Assembly: GCF_001194135.2 (NCBI RefSeq)
Contig: NC_068996.1
Span: 48,559,716 to 48,613,782 of the forward strand
DNA: 54,067 nt
Origin: Octopus bimaculoides
Lineage: Eukaryota
Reading direction: 5' to 3'
The position numbers and the translations under genes are program-made. Under the pieces are notes generated by a model. The model saw nothing but the letters and a program-made list of their open reading frames with translations, was not told where the DNA came from and ran no database searches. Positions 13,864 through 26,824 of this stretch are shown here, piece by piece (position 1 is the stretch's first letter; every line of letters starts with the position of its first letter).

Positions 13864-14884
13864 AACATTATAAATATATAAAATAACAGTTCTCACTTGT
13901 TACTGTCACACTGACTTTATTATGGTTTACAAAAAGAGAAAAATATAAGAAAAACGTAATTATCATTTAATCCCGGGGGTTTTTTTTTACCCATTGCTAA
14001 AAGGAAATAAATGTAAAAAAAATCCAATTATAACTTTCTTTTCTTCATTCTGAAATAAAAAAAAATGTGGGTGGATGATAAAAAGAAAAAAAAGAGATAA
14101 AGTAAATCTGGAATTGTCGTTCTTTACAAACTTAAGAGCAAATAAGTGTCAGTTACTCGAACGAGACAAATAGGGAATAATTTTGTTCAGCTAACTGATC
14201 CGATTGTAAACAAATAAAGCCATATTAAACATAATCCCAAGTCCTTGAGATCTTGTTTGAATAATCAGAAATTTTGGTAATTAGTTAATAGGTGCTTGCA
14301 TAACCAAAACTTGTCTGTATATACACATGTATATATAAATAAGTACATATGTGTGTGCGTATGTATGTAGGTAGAGACGAGTACCAACATCCCAATGAGG
14401 CAGGGTTGATAATTGCAGGGAATTCTCAGCATGAAACCAATGGTAGCCTTGTTCATCCAATATATGTCTCGTTTTGAATATCATTCCATTTGTATATTGT
14501 ATATTACATATTTAGTTCATATTTCTTCACTTTCAGTCGTGTTTGGTCTCTTGTTCATTGGCTCACTATTTCCCAGTGGTTTCTCATCACCAACAACCAC
14601 CAAAGGGGAACAATATTAGCGTTAAAGGTGTGAAATTGCAGAGATCCTTTGGCTGATAACTGATGAGGATTTGGCAACCTTCTGTGTCTGTTTTCCATTT
14701 GTTTGTGCTTATATATATTGTCTTTTGACTTATTATTTAACGGAAAGCTACACATTGCCTTTCATTTGTTTACACTAAGTGAATTTATAAATATATATTA
14801 TTCTTTTGTGAAATGGTGAAACTCGAAACACACATAAAGCTATAAATAACAATGTGTAAATGACTCCTTAAAGACCTTTTTTAT

Positions 14885-14939
<55 letters not shown>

Positions 14940-15242
14940 AAAATAATGAGGGTAGAAATTGATATCAATCAATTAACACACTCTTTGTGGTAAGGCGATT
15001 TGACATCTATCTCTAGTGTATAGGAATCCACTTTAGTGGTCATTCCTTTTATTAATTGTATATATATATACATATATATATCATATTATATTAAGAGGTA
15101 GGATGTAATATCCAAGCAGATACCAAATTTCTCTATGTAAAATGCCAAGGCTGGTTCCTTCAGACCATGCATTTTATGGTAAATTTTCTTTAACTCCCAT
15201 CTGATGTTACAGTCTTTCCTGGTTACTCAGAGTGTAAAGTAC

Positions 15243-15647
15243 AATATTGATAATAAGAAGAATGAAGAATTTGAACATTCAAACTTAATGTTTATTTACA
15301 GTTAGTTTATTCATAATAATTTTCTGACACGTGTTTTGATCACATTAATTCCATATTGTTGCATATTTATATGCAGCAATTTATGCATTATAAGTATGAT
15401 CTCTTCAGGGTGTATAGATATGACATTGTTCGAAAAGAATTTTCAAACTAATAATGCAAGAAAATTCCTCTTCGAACAATGTCATATTTATACACCCTGA
15501 AGACATCCTACTAGTAATGCATAAATTGCTGCATATAGATATGCAACAACTACTGCAATTGAAACACATGTTGGACAATTATTATGAATAAGCCAACTAT
15601 AAATAAACAATGTTTGTATGTTCAAATTCTTCATTCCCCTTATTATC

Positions 15648-15653
<6 letters not shown>
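15243..15653. repeat. Fold-back palindrome, arms about 200 bp, 15-nt spacer (15445-15459)
   Basis: aatattgataataag...ttgttcgaaaagaattttc is mirrored by gaaaattcctcttcgaacaa...cttattatcaatatt. Confidence 0.9.
15322..15576. ncRNA. Pair of inverted degenerate hammerhead motifs (minus 15322-15412; plus 15493-15576)
   Basis: Minus: CTGAAGA GATC...GATC AAAAC ACGT GTC. Plus: CTGAAGA...GAAAC ACAT GTT. Stem I is weak in both. Confidence 0.5.
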
Positions 15654-15683
<30 letters not shown>

Positions 15684-15800
15684 NNNNNNNNNNNNNNNNN
15701 NNNNNNNNNNNNNNNNNNNNNNNNNNNNNNNNNNNNNNNNNNNNNNNNNNNNNNNNNNNNNNNNNNNNNNNNNNNNNNNNNNNNATATATATTTAAATAT

Positions 15801-16246
15801 AATAGTGTATGAAATATACATGGAGAGTAAATCAACATGTGGATTTCTTACATGCTAAAAATGGCAGTCAAAGCCCAGAACCACAAAAAAATCATTCTTA
15901 CATTAAAACCTATTGTTTCTACACAAGCAAGACATTTCAGTGTGCATGTGTTTACTTTGTGTTTTCAGTACGTATTGTAGTGTCATATTTATACATTTTA
16001 CAGCGACCTTACTGACGATTTACGGGTGACTAATTAATCAATTAATTAACTTATTAGTTGATTTATTTGTTCATTAATGGTGAAACTCATGGGTATAAGG
16101 TTAACTGAAATTTTTATTCACTCATGTACAAGCAACGTGCTTTAATGTAAGAATGTTCTTTTGTGGTTTGGGGCTTTGACTGCCATTTCTAGCATGTAAG
16201 AACTTCATATGGTGATTTTCTCTCTGTGTATGTTTCATATACTATT
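15801..16246. repeat. Long inverted-repeat element, arms about 140 bp
   Basis: ttcttacatgctaaaaatggcagtcaaagccc is mirrored by gggctttgactgccatttctagcatgtaagaa. Confidence 0.85.
16007..16100 (+). ncRNA. Type-I hammerhead motif with intact core and imperfect proximal stem II
   Basis: CCTTA CTGACGA ... GAAAC TCATGG GTA TAAGG. 5-bp stem I, near-palindromic stem III. Confidence 0.55.
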
Positions 16247-17199
16247 AGATTTTAAAATATTTATGTCTTCTGACTTTTATTATGCATGCTAATCACTGGT
16301 ATAAATTATTTGATAATTTTTACCCTTAGCAATCTCAAGTATAATCAGCCGAAATTGCGAAGATAATCTGGTACTTGACTGAGGAAAGAAAACTTCGAAT
16401 GACCCATCCTTGTTTTCATTGTATCGTCTATTTGGATGTTTTATTGTCCCATTTTTGTATCACATAACTGACCGGATGTTTTGCGTTCTTGTTACATTTT
16501 GTATTTTTTTATATATACATATACATACACACACACAAACACACACACACAAACACACACACACACACACATATGTACATATACACACTCACACACATAC
16601 ACACTCATCTAAATACACTCATACACACATACACACTCATCTAAATACACTCATAGACACATATCAATCAATTAAACTCCAGCATAAATGAATTTTCACA
16701 ATTAATTTTCAAAATTTGTTTTTGTATTTACACAAGTACTTTCATGGACTTTGTAACGACCATCACTGAGCATTTTTATATAGCAACAGCTGCCTCTAGC
16801 TAAGTATATAGATAGCAACTAACTCTAGATGAATATTTAAATGAATTTTAGCTTAAAATACCTGGCAACAGAGATAACAACCAAATACTATCATTAAATA
16901 GCTAAAGAAAAATAACATTTACAGCATTACAGTAATATCTCGCCTTATTGCAGTTCACCTGTCGTGGTTCACCTGTCGTGGTTCACCTAACACGGCTCAT
17001 TATTTAAGCTTACGACGATTCTTCTCGGGTGTTGTTTTGCATTTATGATAAAGTAAATATGTACAAATTATAATATAATATTATTAATATCAGGAAATCA
17101 ATATTAGAAAATTTATCAGAAAGATATATACATGTGTAAAATAATTGTATTAAAAATATAAATATATATAAAAATATATGTAAATATGTATAAGTATAA

Positions 17200-17273
<74 letters not shown>

Positions 17274-17308
17274 TGACAGTTTAAAAGTTTTGAACTAAGT
17301 TTTAAAGC

Positions 17309-17398
17309 ATCTTACAATCGTTTCGCAGAAGTGCTGTCCTAATAATGGAATCCTATATTGATAAGCATTTAGAGACAACTCTTCTGCTCTTTAGAGAT
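17309..17398 (-). ncRNA. Type-I hammerhead motif with G5->A in the left arm of the large palindrome
   Basis: Minus strand reads ATCT CTAAAGA GCAGAAG...CTTCTGC GAAAC GATT GTA AGAT. 7-bp stem II, GUA site. Confidence 0.65.
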
Positions 17399-18233
17399 AT
17401 AAAATGTGAAATTTGTATAATTTATCAAATGGTAGTTTTTTTTTAAATATGAAGTAATATGATAAAATGGTGTTTGTTTGAAATTTAAATTAAAGATTAG
17501 AAATTACTGCTTTTGATTTTGGTAAGTACATTTTAGTATGAGAGTCTTTAATCCATATATACTCCCTTGGTTGGTCTTCTGTAGTAATCCATAATAATTA
17601 TGTATAAAATCCATTATATTGTCCTGCATTCCAAATATATTTGGAATACAGGACAATATGATGGAATATATTTGGATATATTTGGAATACAGGACAAAAT
17701 AATGGATTTTATACATAATTATTATGGATTACTACAGAAGAATTACCAAAGAGGCATATTTGAATTTCAAGATTCTCATACTAAAGTCTACTTACCAAAA
17801 TCAGAAGCAGTAAATTTTAATTTATATTTCAAACAAACAACATTTTCCCATATTACTTCATAAACTTTTTTTAAAACTACCATTCATTAAATTATACAAA
17901 TTTCACATTTTATATCTCTAAAGAGCAGAAGATTTATCTATAAATGCTTATCAATATAGGATTCCATTATTCTATATTATCTAAGTCTATGAACTATATT
18001 TGGAATACAGGATAATATAATGGATTTTTACACATAACTATTATGGATTATTACAGAAGGCCAACCAAGGAAGAATATATGGATTAATGTCTCATACTAA
18101 AGTGTACTTACCAAAATCAAAAGCAGTAATTTTAAATCTTTAATTTATATTTCAAACAAACACCATTTTATCATATTACTTCATATTTTTAAAAAACTAC
18201 CATTCAATAAATTATACACAATTCAAAATTTAT

Positions 18234-18314
18234 ATCTCTGAAGAGCAGAACAGTTTTCTATAATGCTAATCAATATAGGATTCCATTATTTGGACAGCGA
18301 AACGATCGAAAGAT
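18234..18314 (+). ncRNA. Type-I hammerhead motif with U16.1->A and eroded stem II in the third arm
   Basis: ATCT CTGAAGA GCAG...CAGC GAAAC GATC GAA AGAT. Its lesions are at different positions from those of the 17309-17398 copy. Confidence 0.6.
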
Positions 18315-18810
18315 GCTTGAAAATTTAATTCAAAAATTTTAAACTGTCATATTTATTATTATATATTTATACTTATACATATTTACATATATTTATACAT
18401 ATTTATATTTTTAATACAACAGTTATTCTACACACATACATCTTTCTGAAGAATTTTCTAATATTGATTTCCTGATATTAATAATAATATATATATATAT
18501 ATATTATATATAATCGCTCGTATTAAATACATGAATACTTTAATAGTATTAATACTTTGATACAATAGAGCACTCAATATAAATTCTGTATATAATATTC
18601 TCATTGAATATATTTAACTAGAGATTTATATAAAGTAAATATCTACAAATTATAATTAATAAAACATACAGTACTGTTTCTACTTCGCAGATTTTCACCA
18701 AAGGCAGGGGGTTTTGGAATATAACACTCATGATAGTTGAAGAATTACTGTACTCCTTTCTTTCTAGTGAATGTAATTTCCAAATTAAATTCAAATTCAA
18801 TGCAGCATTC

Positions 18811-20870
18811 TTATCCATTCGAAACTGGTTTCAACTTCTCAATAAAACTCTTTTATTTTACTCTTCAAATAACTTCATTTGAGTTATAAAGCTTATAAAG
18901 TGGAAATCCTAAGAAATTTTTATTGCAGTATGTTTTTAAATGGGTACCTAGAGGAACATGTCAGACCTGAAGTACCATAATCTGCTGCTGGTGTATTTCT
19001 GTGTTCTGATAATAAATTTCCTTTCTGGTGAATATATATTTTTTCACAAGTCAAGCATTTAATACAGTACATTAGGTTTTTGCTCTGATGTTCATATTTA
19101 CATGTGTTAATATTTGTCTTTCAGTTTTAGTGTTGATATAATGATCAACATGTATAAATTGACTTAGCACCAAAACATTTGTCATTGCTCTTAGATATCA
19201 TGAAGTTTTTTGCTACTGTTGTTTAGATCAAATTTTTTCTTTGTCAACAATTGTTTTGAGTTTTTGTCATCTGCTTTGAACAAGCTGGTAATTAAATTCT
19301 TTAATTTATCACTTTGTTCGATAATTTGGTAACATTAAACGTATTACTGTTCTGTGAATTTTGGTTATTACAAGAAGCAGTACATCTTGCTTCTATGTTC
19401 TTTTTTGGTGGGGTGGGGGGTCACTCAGTGTTATTTCATGGACATTTGTTTTGCATAATCAATATCATTTTGTATAAGTAAGAGAAAGTATTTTTGCTTC
19501 TTTCTTTTATTTCTTTTATATGTTTCAGTAATGAAATATGAGTTGTAACCATGCTGGAGCACAAAGTAGAAATCTCTTGACTTCTGTGGGTCATTCTTCT
19601 CTAAAATTCCATCACCAACAATAAAATCTCCTGGCTAGACAGGATGCTACATTTTGCATATACTACGTGGTATAATTTGAAGTTCCAATATGTGCTTGTT
19701 TTTGGGGGTATTTTTTTATAATAATGCATATCTATTGTGATATTGGTGAAACTTTTAATTACCTTTTTGTTGAGAAGTGGTAATTTTGTAGCACTCATCT
19801 CTTTTATAAATATCAAGGCTTGCTATAAATTGTGCACATGGAAGCTGAAACATCTACAGATTTTGTCCAAATTAGTCTGAAAGAAAATTTTTCCAATGTG
19901 GCCTCAATATATCTCCCAAATTTAGTCACAGTTTTCCTTTACATTTTAATATAGTTTTTGTTCCAAGTTTCCCATTACTGGGGTTGCCTATTCTAGATCA
20001 AATTTGGTTCTCATGGCAGCATCTCTAATTTGTAGATAATTTTCCTCATTGAAAAAAAAATGTTTTGTTCTCAACAAAAAGACCAATACTATTTAATATA
20101 AAGTCTATGGTGAATCTACTCAGAATCACTGCACGTATTTTGGCACAATATTTGATTACTGTTATTCTTAAATCATGTGGAATATTCAAGTAGAGGCCTA
20201 CTACATCGAAATCAACCAACAACAAATATGTTCCTGTTATTTTGGATAATTGCAACAAGAAATCAATGTCATGCCTAATAAAACTCTCTCAAACCACCTT
20301 GGTTTATAGCAATTTTACATATTCACCACCTACTTCTTTTACTGCATTATTAATTTCCTTGACCAATGTATTTTCTGTCAGCCATAAAAGTTGCCAGGCT
20401 TTAGTTCAATATTGATAAGGCAATCTTTTTCCTCAGCAGTAAATGAATTATGATGTTTTAAAACCAATTTTGCTCAGCTGCTTCACAATACAACGATGTA
20501 TATTTGCAGGCATTTCTAAGTAAAAGGTTATATTTCCCAATTGATCCTCAGCTAAATATTGATAACATTCATCACTGATATGTCAAAAGCACCATTTTTA
20601 GAAGCATGGTTGGTGACTTTTGTTTCATCATTTCGGAGTTGTTAAAGGTGCAACCTTCTCTGATTTGATAATATTTTGTCTAACATAAGTGTTCTGCTTA
20701 ATTTGGTGGTTTGGAAAGCATATCAATATATTGGTGTGGATGAATATTTCTTGTTTTTGGTGGGGTGTATTTTGATTCATTCCTAACCAGATATTCATCA
20801 CACTCACTATTTTCATCGACAAAAATCTCAACCAATCATAGTTTATGACAAAATTTGTAGATATCCACCT
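18811..20870 (-). mobile_element. Decayed Penelope-like retroelement (RT + GIY-YIG), with frameshifts and stops
   Basis: Ordered fragments: GNFYG*QKIH; LLLVDFDVVGLYLNIPHD; YLQIRDAAMRTKF; KLPLLN; QSR*QKNSKQLLTKKKF; SKNLMYCIKCLTCEKIYIHQ (GIY-YIG); FIEKLKP. Confidence 0.85.
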
Positions 20871-20902
20871 CTAGTTCTTGATAGTTGTCTGTTGGAATAG
20901 TC

Positions 20903-21905
20903 ATCATCATCATCATTTAACGTCTGTTTTCCATGCTAGCATGGGTTGGACGGTTTGACTGAAAACAGGTAAGCCGGGGATCTGCACCATATTTCTACAG
21001 CTGGATGCCTTTCCTAACACCAACCACTTCAAGTGTGTAGTGGGTGTTTTTCACATGCCACCAGCATGGGTGCCATTCATCTGACATTGACATCAGCCAT
21101 GACTATGGTCTCACTTGGCTTGATTGGTCTACACAAGCATGGTATATCACCAAAGGTCTTAGTCATTGCCTCCATGAGGCCCAACACTCGAACATTGCTT
21201 TCCACATGCCACCAGCGTGGGTGCTAGTTAGACAGCATTGGCATCAGCCACGACTACAATTTCACTTGGCTTAACAGATCTTCACAAACACAGCATATCA
21301 TCAAACGTTTGAAAGGTGCTTTTAATGAGCTAGTTATGTAATACTGGCATTGGCTACGACTACGATCTCACTTGGCTTGATGTGTCTTCTCAAACACGGC
21401 ATATCACCAAGGGTCTCACTCACTTGTCATTGCCTCCATGAGGCCCAACACCCCACTTGGTCCCATATCTTCTTGAGTCTACCTTTTCCACAGGTTTTCT
21501 CTGCTGTTAGAGTGCAACACTTCTTCATACAGCTGTCCTCATCCATACACAACTCATGACCATCCCAGTGCAGTCGTCTCTCTTGCACTCCACATCTGAT
21601 GCTTCTTATATCCAACTTTTCTCTCAGGATGCTTACACTTTGTTGTGCATGCACAGTGACATTACACATCCAGTGGAGCATACTAGCCTACACATGTCCT
21701 CTGCAGTTACAGCCCATGTTTCACTGCCATGTAGCATGGCTCTTCACACACAAGCACCATACAGTCTGCCCTTCATTCTGAGAGAGAGGTAGGAGCTCTC
21801 TAAACTTTGCCTAGTCTAATCATATTCTAGCAGTTATGCTCTCAGAGCATCCACCCCTACTACTGACCTGGTTACCTGGGTAATGGAAGCTATCGACTGC
21901 TTCTA
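20903..21905 (-). mobile_element. Decayed RTE LINE 3' end
   Basis: Same family on the minus strand (MLHWMCNVTVH...QERRLHW...CGKGRLKKIWD), with a (CAT)n tail at the left. Confidence 0.88.
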
Positions 21906-23384
21906 GTTTTCCCCCCTGGAATGTGATGGAATCTATTTTCTATACATGGTTAGAGTCATAAATTTTAACTAACTAGGGATAATTATATGAAGAAGAATAG
22001 TTAATATCATATTAGTTAAAGACCAATATTGTTTTCTAAACAATTCTAGCTTTCCAAGCTAATCAGTGGTTATACTTTTATATTCACATACTGACCCATC
22101 CAACATTTCTGCTACTTTACCCTATATCTCTTTCTCACATTCACCTTGCACCTTGGCCACATATTTCTCTCTCTCTCTCTCTCCTTTCAAACGAGGAAGC
22201 CTATAAATAACCCCTTCAGCAAGACATCTGTTCCTGACCTTCTATCCTTATTTCTTATCCCTCAATTCTTTACCCCATTCAGTTGATGGATTTTGTCATG
22301 CTGGTACCTGGTGACCTTACCAGGGCTGGTGCTGTGAAAAATTACAGTGAAAAATTACTCAATAAACTCTCTAGAGTGGTTGGCATTAGGAAGGGCATCC
22401 ATTTGTAGATACCATTACAAAGTAGACATTGGAACTTGGTACAGTGTCATGGGTTGGATGAATCGTCAATGCATGTAGAACCATTCAGTCCATGCCAGTA
22501 TGAAAAAAAGAGACATTAAACAATGATGATGATGATAACGATGATGACAATAATGGTGGTGACGACAACGACGACAACAATGATGGTGGAGGTGATGACG
22601 ATGGTGATGACGATTCCTTTAGCACTACTTAGGAAAATATGGTGGAGTCTGTTAAGCTGATACGGTAATAACAAAACTGAAACACCTCTGAAGTTGTTGC
22701 CCATACTTGGAAAGAAAACAAATTTATAGAAACAATATTTGTTACATATATGTATGTGTGTGTGTGTGTGTTTGTGTGTGTATGTGTGTTTGTGTGTGTT
22801 TGTCCCCCAACATCGCTTGACAACCGATGCTGGTATGTTTACGTTCCCTTAACTTAGCGGTTCGGCAAAAGAGACCGATAGAATAAGTACTAGGCTTACA
22901 AAGAATAAGTTTCTGGGGTCGATTTGCTCGACTAAAGACGGTGCTCCAGCATGGCCACAGTCAAAAGACTGAAACAAGTAAAAGAGTAAACAGTACATAA
23001 TTAACACAGAGATAATGAGTTTAAGTTCACCTGCAAGTGAATTTTGATGTGTTTCTACTTAGAAATCTTTATTCTACATTGCAACAGTTTAGCTAAACAA
23101 TACCAGAGATCACTTGAAAGCAACTTTAGCTTCAAGCCTGAATATAATAGATTTTGGCTTATTTTTACCATTGAATGTGGAATTCGACTTCTGCTTTTGG
23201 ATCACATGTAATGGTTGCATATTGTATCCCATATTACATTAATCATGCACCTCATAAACTTTATCTAGGGGACTTCTTTTTTTTTCCTAAGCATACAATT
23301 TACATATAACAGATAAATCACCATCATCATCGTTATCCTCATCATCGTCATCATCATTATTGTCATCATCATCATCGTCATCAT

Positions 23385-23665
23385 CATCATCATTTAGCGT
23401 CTGCTTTCCATGCTGGCATGGGTTGGACTGTTTGACTGAAACTGGTAAGCTGCTCCAGGTTCCAGTCTGATTTTGCATGGCTTCTACAGTTGGATGCTCT
23501 TCCTAATACCAACCACTCCAAGAGTACAATAGGTACTCTTTATGTGCCACTGGCACAGGTGCCACTTACATAGCACCAGCATTGGCCACGACTATTATTT
23601 CACTTGGCTTGACAGGTCTTCTCAAGCATTGGCATATCTTCAAAGGTCTCTGCCACTTGTCATTG
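23385..23665 (-). mobile_element. RTE 3' UTR fragment ending about 30 bp from the donor of exon 23694-23852
   Basis: catttagcgtctgctttccatgctggcatgggttgg..., with a (CAT)n expansion at 23320-23390. Confidence 0.8.
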
Positions 23666-23693
23666 CCTTTGAGGAAATAATAAAACTACTCAC

Positions 23694-23852
23694 TGCATGA
23701 ACTTGATCTTCAAGACCTCTCTTTATTGGAAGAATTAATGCCCTTAGAATCGTCCGGGCATCCTCATTGATGGCATGCTGCCTGATTTGTTGTGATAAAC
23801 TTTCCAGAGCTTCTTCACGATGAGCATAACTTTTTGAGTAAGTTTTAGATAC
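23694..23852 (-). CDS. CEP104: CEP104 internal exon (159 nt, phase 0->0): VSKTYSKSYAHREEALESLSQQIRQHAINEDARTILRALILPIKRGLEDQVHA
   Basis: Acceptor ttttctgctatgacctcag, donor GTGAGT. Resembles TOG HEAT repeat VAEAYCKTWSYREDALLALSKKL...LRASVFLVRRAIKDIVTS. Confidence 0.92.
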
Positions 23853-24099
23853 CTGAGGTCATAGCAGAAAATAATAGAATACAAATTTTTATTAGTAACA
23901 AAATAAGCACTGAGTATAATGCATCAATACAAAGCACAAAATTTGTGGTGTAAATGAGGAACAAGGAACAAAATTTTCTTTTATCCCTGCATTGGCTACC
24001 AGGTAAAATTATTATTGATTTTTACCCTTTATTTTTAATATTTGAATAAATTCACTCTATGATTGAAACTGCATTTACTGCGGTCTAGATCTTAACACA

Positions 24100-24256
24100 C
24101 CACACGTGGGTATAAAAGAAAGATATGAATTATACTCAGCAGTATATTTTTACGAGTGTGGATAGATATTGGACATGCGATGACGCTGATCGCATGCATG
24201 TTTTTGAGATACTCATGGACTTATACGGAATACTATACCGATGAAAAACAGTAAGT
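24100..24256 (+). promoter_or_regulatory. Candidate TATA promoter and first exon antisense to CEP104
   Basis: CACGTG at 24103-24108, TATAAAAG at 24111, Inr-like tcagcagt about 27-30 nt downstream, and a GTAAGT donor at 24251. Confidence 0.3.
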
Positions 24257-24474
24257 AAAATTATTTTTTACTTTAAATTTGAAACGCATACATAGTTAAC
24301 CAGCTTTATTGATTCTTTATTTTTCTTTTTCTTGTCTACAATAAAGTGTGTTATTCTCAGAGATTTTAAGGTAGTAAAAAGGACTTTAGCATCTATTTCT
24401 TTCAGTGCGTGGTGAGGCATAAAGCCAACCCCTTGTTATAATTATGTATATAATTATAAAATATTTTAAATATA

Positions 24475-24519
<45 letters not shown>

Positions 24520-25715
24520 GACACTCTGTTGGTTATGATGATGAGGGTCCCAGCTGATGCGATCAATAGAACAGCTTGCTTGTGAAATTAACATGCAAGT
24601 GGCTGAGCACTCCACAGACACATGTTCTCAGGGAGATTCAGCATGAAACACAGAATGTAACAAAGCTGGCCCCTTTGAAATACATGTACAACTCTTCTTT
24701 GCCAGCTGAGTGGAATGGAGCAATATAAAATAAAGTGTCTTGCTCAAGTACTCAATGTCCTGCCAGGAATCGAACTCATGACCTAATGATTGTGAGGCAA
24801 TTACCATAACCACTAAGCCACACACCTCCTTATAAGTACAGCAATTAAATCACTCTCAGAGTCAACATTAAAACAAAAGAAAAATTAAATGAACGCTTTA
24901 GAGTTACTGCTGCAACATGGAAACACAAACAGTGCAATGAGTGAGAGGTGTCAAGTGTGTTAAGAAAGCAAAACGTGTTCAATTATGATTAAACATAATA
25001 ATCTTTTATAACAATAATTTGAAAGCAATTAAAACGATTGCCTGCAGATTATCAGATAATCGTTTTGCATGAAGTCAATGATTATAGTTATGGATATATT
25101 ATGAGAATCTAGGTGCAAAAAGTGAAATTATTATAACGATTCTGATAATTATTATTTCAATGTTTTTCTTTTCTTTTTTTCTTTTTTTGTGAGTAAAACG
25201 ATGTGAAGTGATTAAGGGTTGGGAAAGAGGAGTGACTGTGGCTTTTAATTTTAAACTAAAGCTAAAACCAGAAGTTTGTGTGTTTCTAATTTCTAATTAA
25301 ATATTCTATCATAAAATAATAGCGTATAAATTAAGTTTGAGATTCAATTTAAAATGCTAAAAATGTGACAATTTGGTTATATTTAGTTACACGAAATAAG
25401 AAAACAAAACTACAACATGATACTTGCATTATAACGCAAATATAATTTATGTACTTTTTTATGACTTATTCTCTATATATATATATATATATAGTTTCTT
25501 TTTAACTGTTTTTGTTTTGTTTTTGTTTTGGTTTCTTACTTGATCATTTTTATATGAAATTGGAAATAAAAGAAAATATCATTACAAAACTGTAATGCAG
25601 GTGTAGATGTGGTCATGTGACTGGGAAGTTTAATTTGCAATGATATGGTTGGTTCTTGGTTTGATTCTAATCTGTGGTGAGGATGGTGGTGGTGGTGGTT
25701 GTTTTGGTAGTAGTG

Positions 25716-25768
<53 letters not shown>

Positions 25769-26185
25769 TATGGTGTGGTGGCAGTAACAGCAGCAGTGGA
25801 CATGGCGATGGCAGTGGTGGTGGTGGTGGTGGCAGCAATGGTGGTGATGGCCACTACAATGACCAGGAGGAGGACAAGGAAGATTGATAAGGGGGAAATG
25901 AGAGTATAAGGAGGATGGGCAGATGGGCTGATGGGAGAGGAGAAAAAGAAGAGGAGGGGAAAGATGATGAGGAGGAGGAGGAGTTGGGTGAGAATGTAGA
26001 TGTCAACAGAAGGCACCTGTTCACAAGGTGCTGTACATTGTGACCAAAACTCTGAACCTTGCATAGAATTAAAGGTACTACCCAACCAACATGCAGGAGG
26101 TGGAGTACTGAAGTGGACCCCAACTGGGTATTTTTGTTTTTGTTATTGTTTTTATACGGTTACATATAATAAGCCAAGCCAACCA

Positions 26186-26630
26186 ACAGAAGACCAAGGG
26201 GTAGACCTAGGGGTAGACCTAGGGGTAGACCTAGGGGTAGACCAAGGCTGGAATGGGTGGATAATATCCATAGTCTTAGTAGGTCATTCTTGGGAATCCA
26301 GTAGGAAAGTATAATGACAGTTGCATCTGATAGGACCCTATGGAGGAGGAGGTGCCTGAGGACTTTATCCCTACACATGGAAAGAGTCCGAAGGGTAGAA
26401 GAAGAATGGAATGGTTGGATAATATCCATAGTCTTAGTAGGTCATTCTTGGGAATCCATTTTGAAAGTGTAATGACAGTTGCTTCTGATAGGACCCTATG
26501 GAGAAGGAGGTGCCTGAGGACTCTATCCTTACAACTTCAGATAGGACCCTATGGAGAAGGAGGTGCCTGAGGACTCTATCCTTACAACTTCAGATAGGAC
26601 CCTATAGAGGAGATACCTGAGAACTCTACA
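26186..26630 (+). mobile_element. Tandemly duplicated 3' ends of a second RTE-like LINE
   Basis: RRPRGRPRGRPRGRPRLEWVDNI...VASDRTLWRRR. Contains a 158-bp duplication, 12-bp units and 53-bp units. Confidence 0.6.
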
Positions 26631-26824
26631 ACCCATGACCCTCCCAGGAATAGTGGGTGGGTGCAGAAAAAATGGTTGAGTGATTGGATGACTTTACAAT
26701 GATGCTGTTTGAAAATTTATCCAATAAAGTAAACAAAAATCTTCAGAAATTAAATATAACAAAAAAAAAAAGAAATGCAAATAAAATGAAATTCTTAAAA
26801 AACAAACGAAAAATACATATTTAC

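Larger units (their letters stand above)
17082..18490. repeat. Large spacerless palindrome with a duplicated inverted arm
   Basis: Centre ttccaaata|tatttggaa at 17637/17638. The outer 30 bp are exact reverse complements. The inverted arm restarts at about 17678 and 17996. Confidence 0.92.
16930..18750. mobile_element. Pogo/Tigger-like MITE ends bracketing the palindrome
   Basis: TA|CAGTAATATCTCGCC at the left end and GAAGAATTACTG|TA at the right end; TA TSD. Confidence 0.55.

Noticed and set aside
14537-14619. Plus-strand acceptor plus hydrophobic VFGLLFIGSLFPSGFS, signal-peptide-like
   Set aside because: No compatible upstream ATG exon was found, and a stop follows after 27 codons.
16375-16415. 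CTGAGGA...CGAAT hammerhead-like string
   Set aside because: GAAA is incomplete, and there is no stem I or stem III.
16795-16861. Acceptor followed by GTATTTTAAGCT, resembling the VFQA exon
   Set aside because: Immediate stop codon; the real match is 13707-13768.
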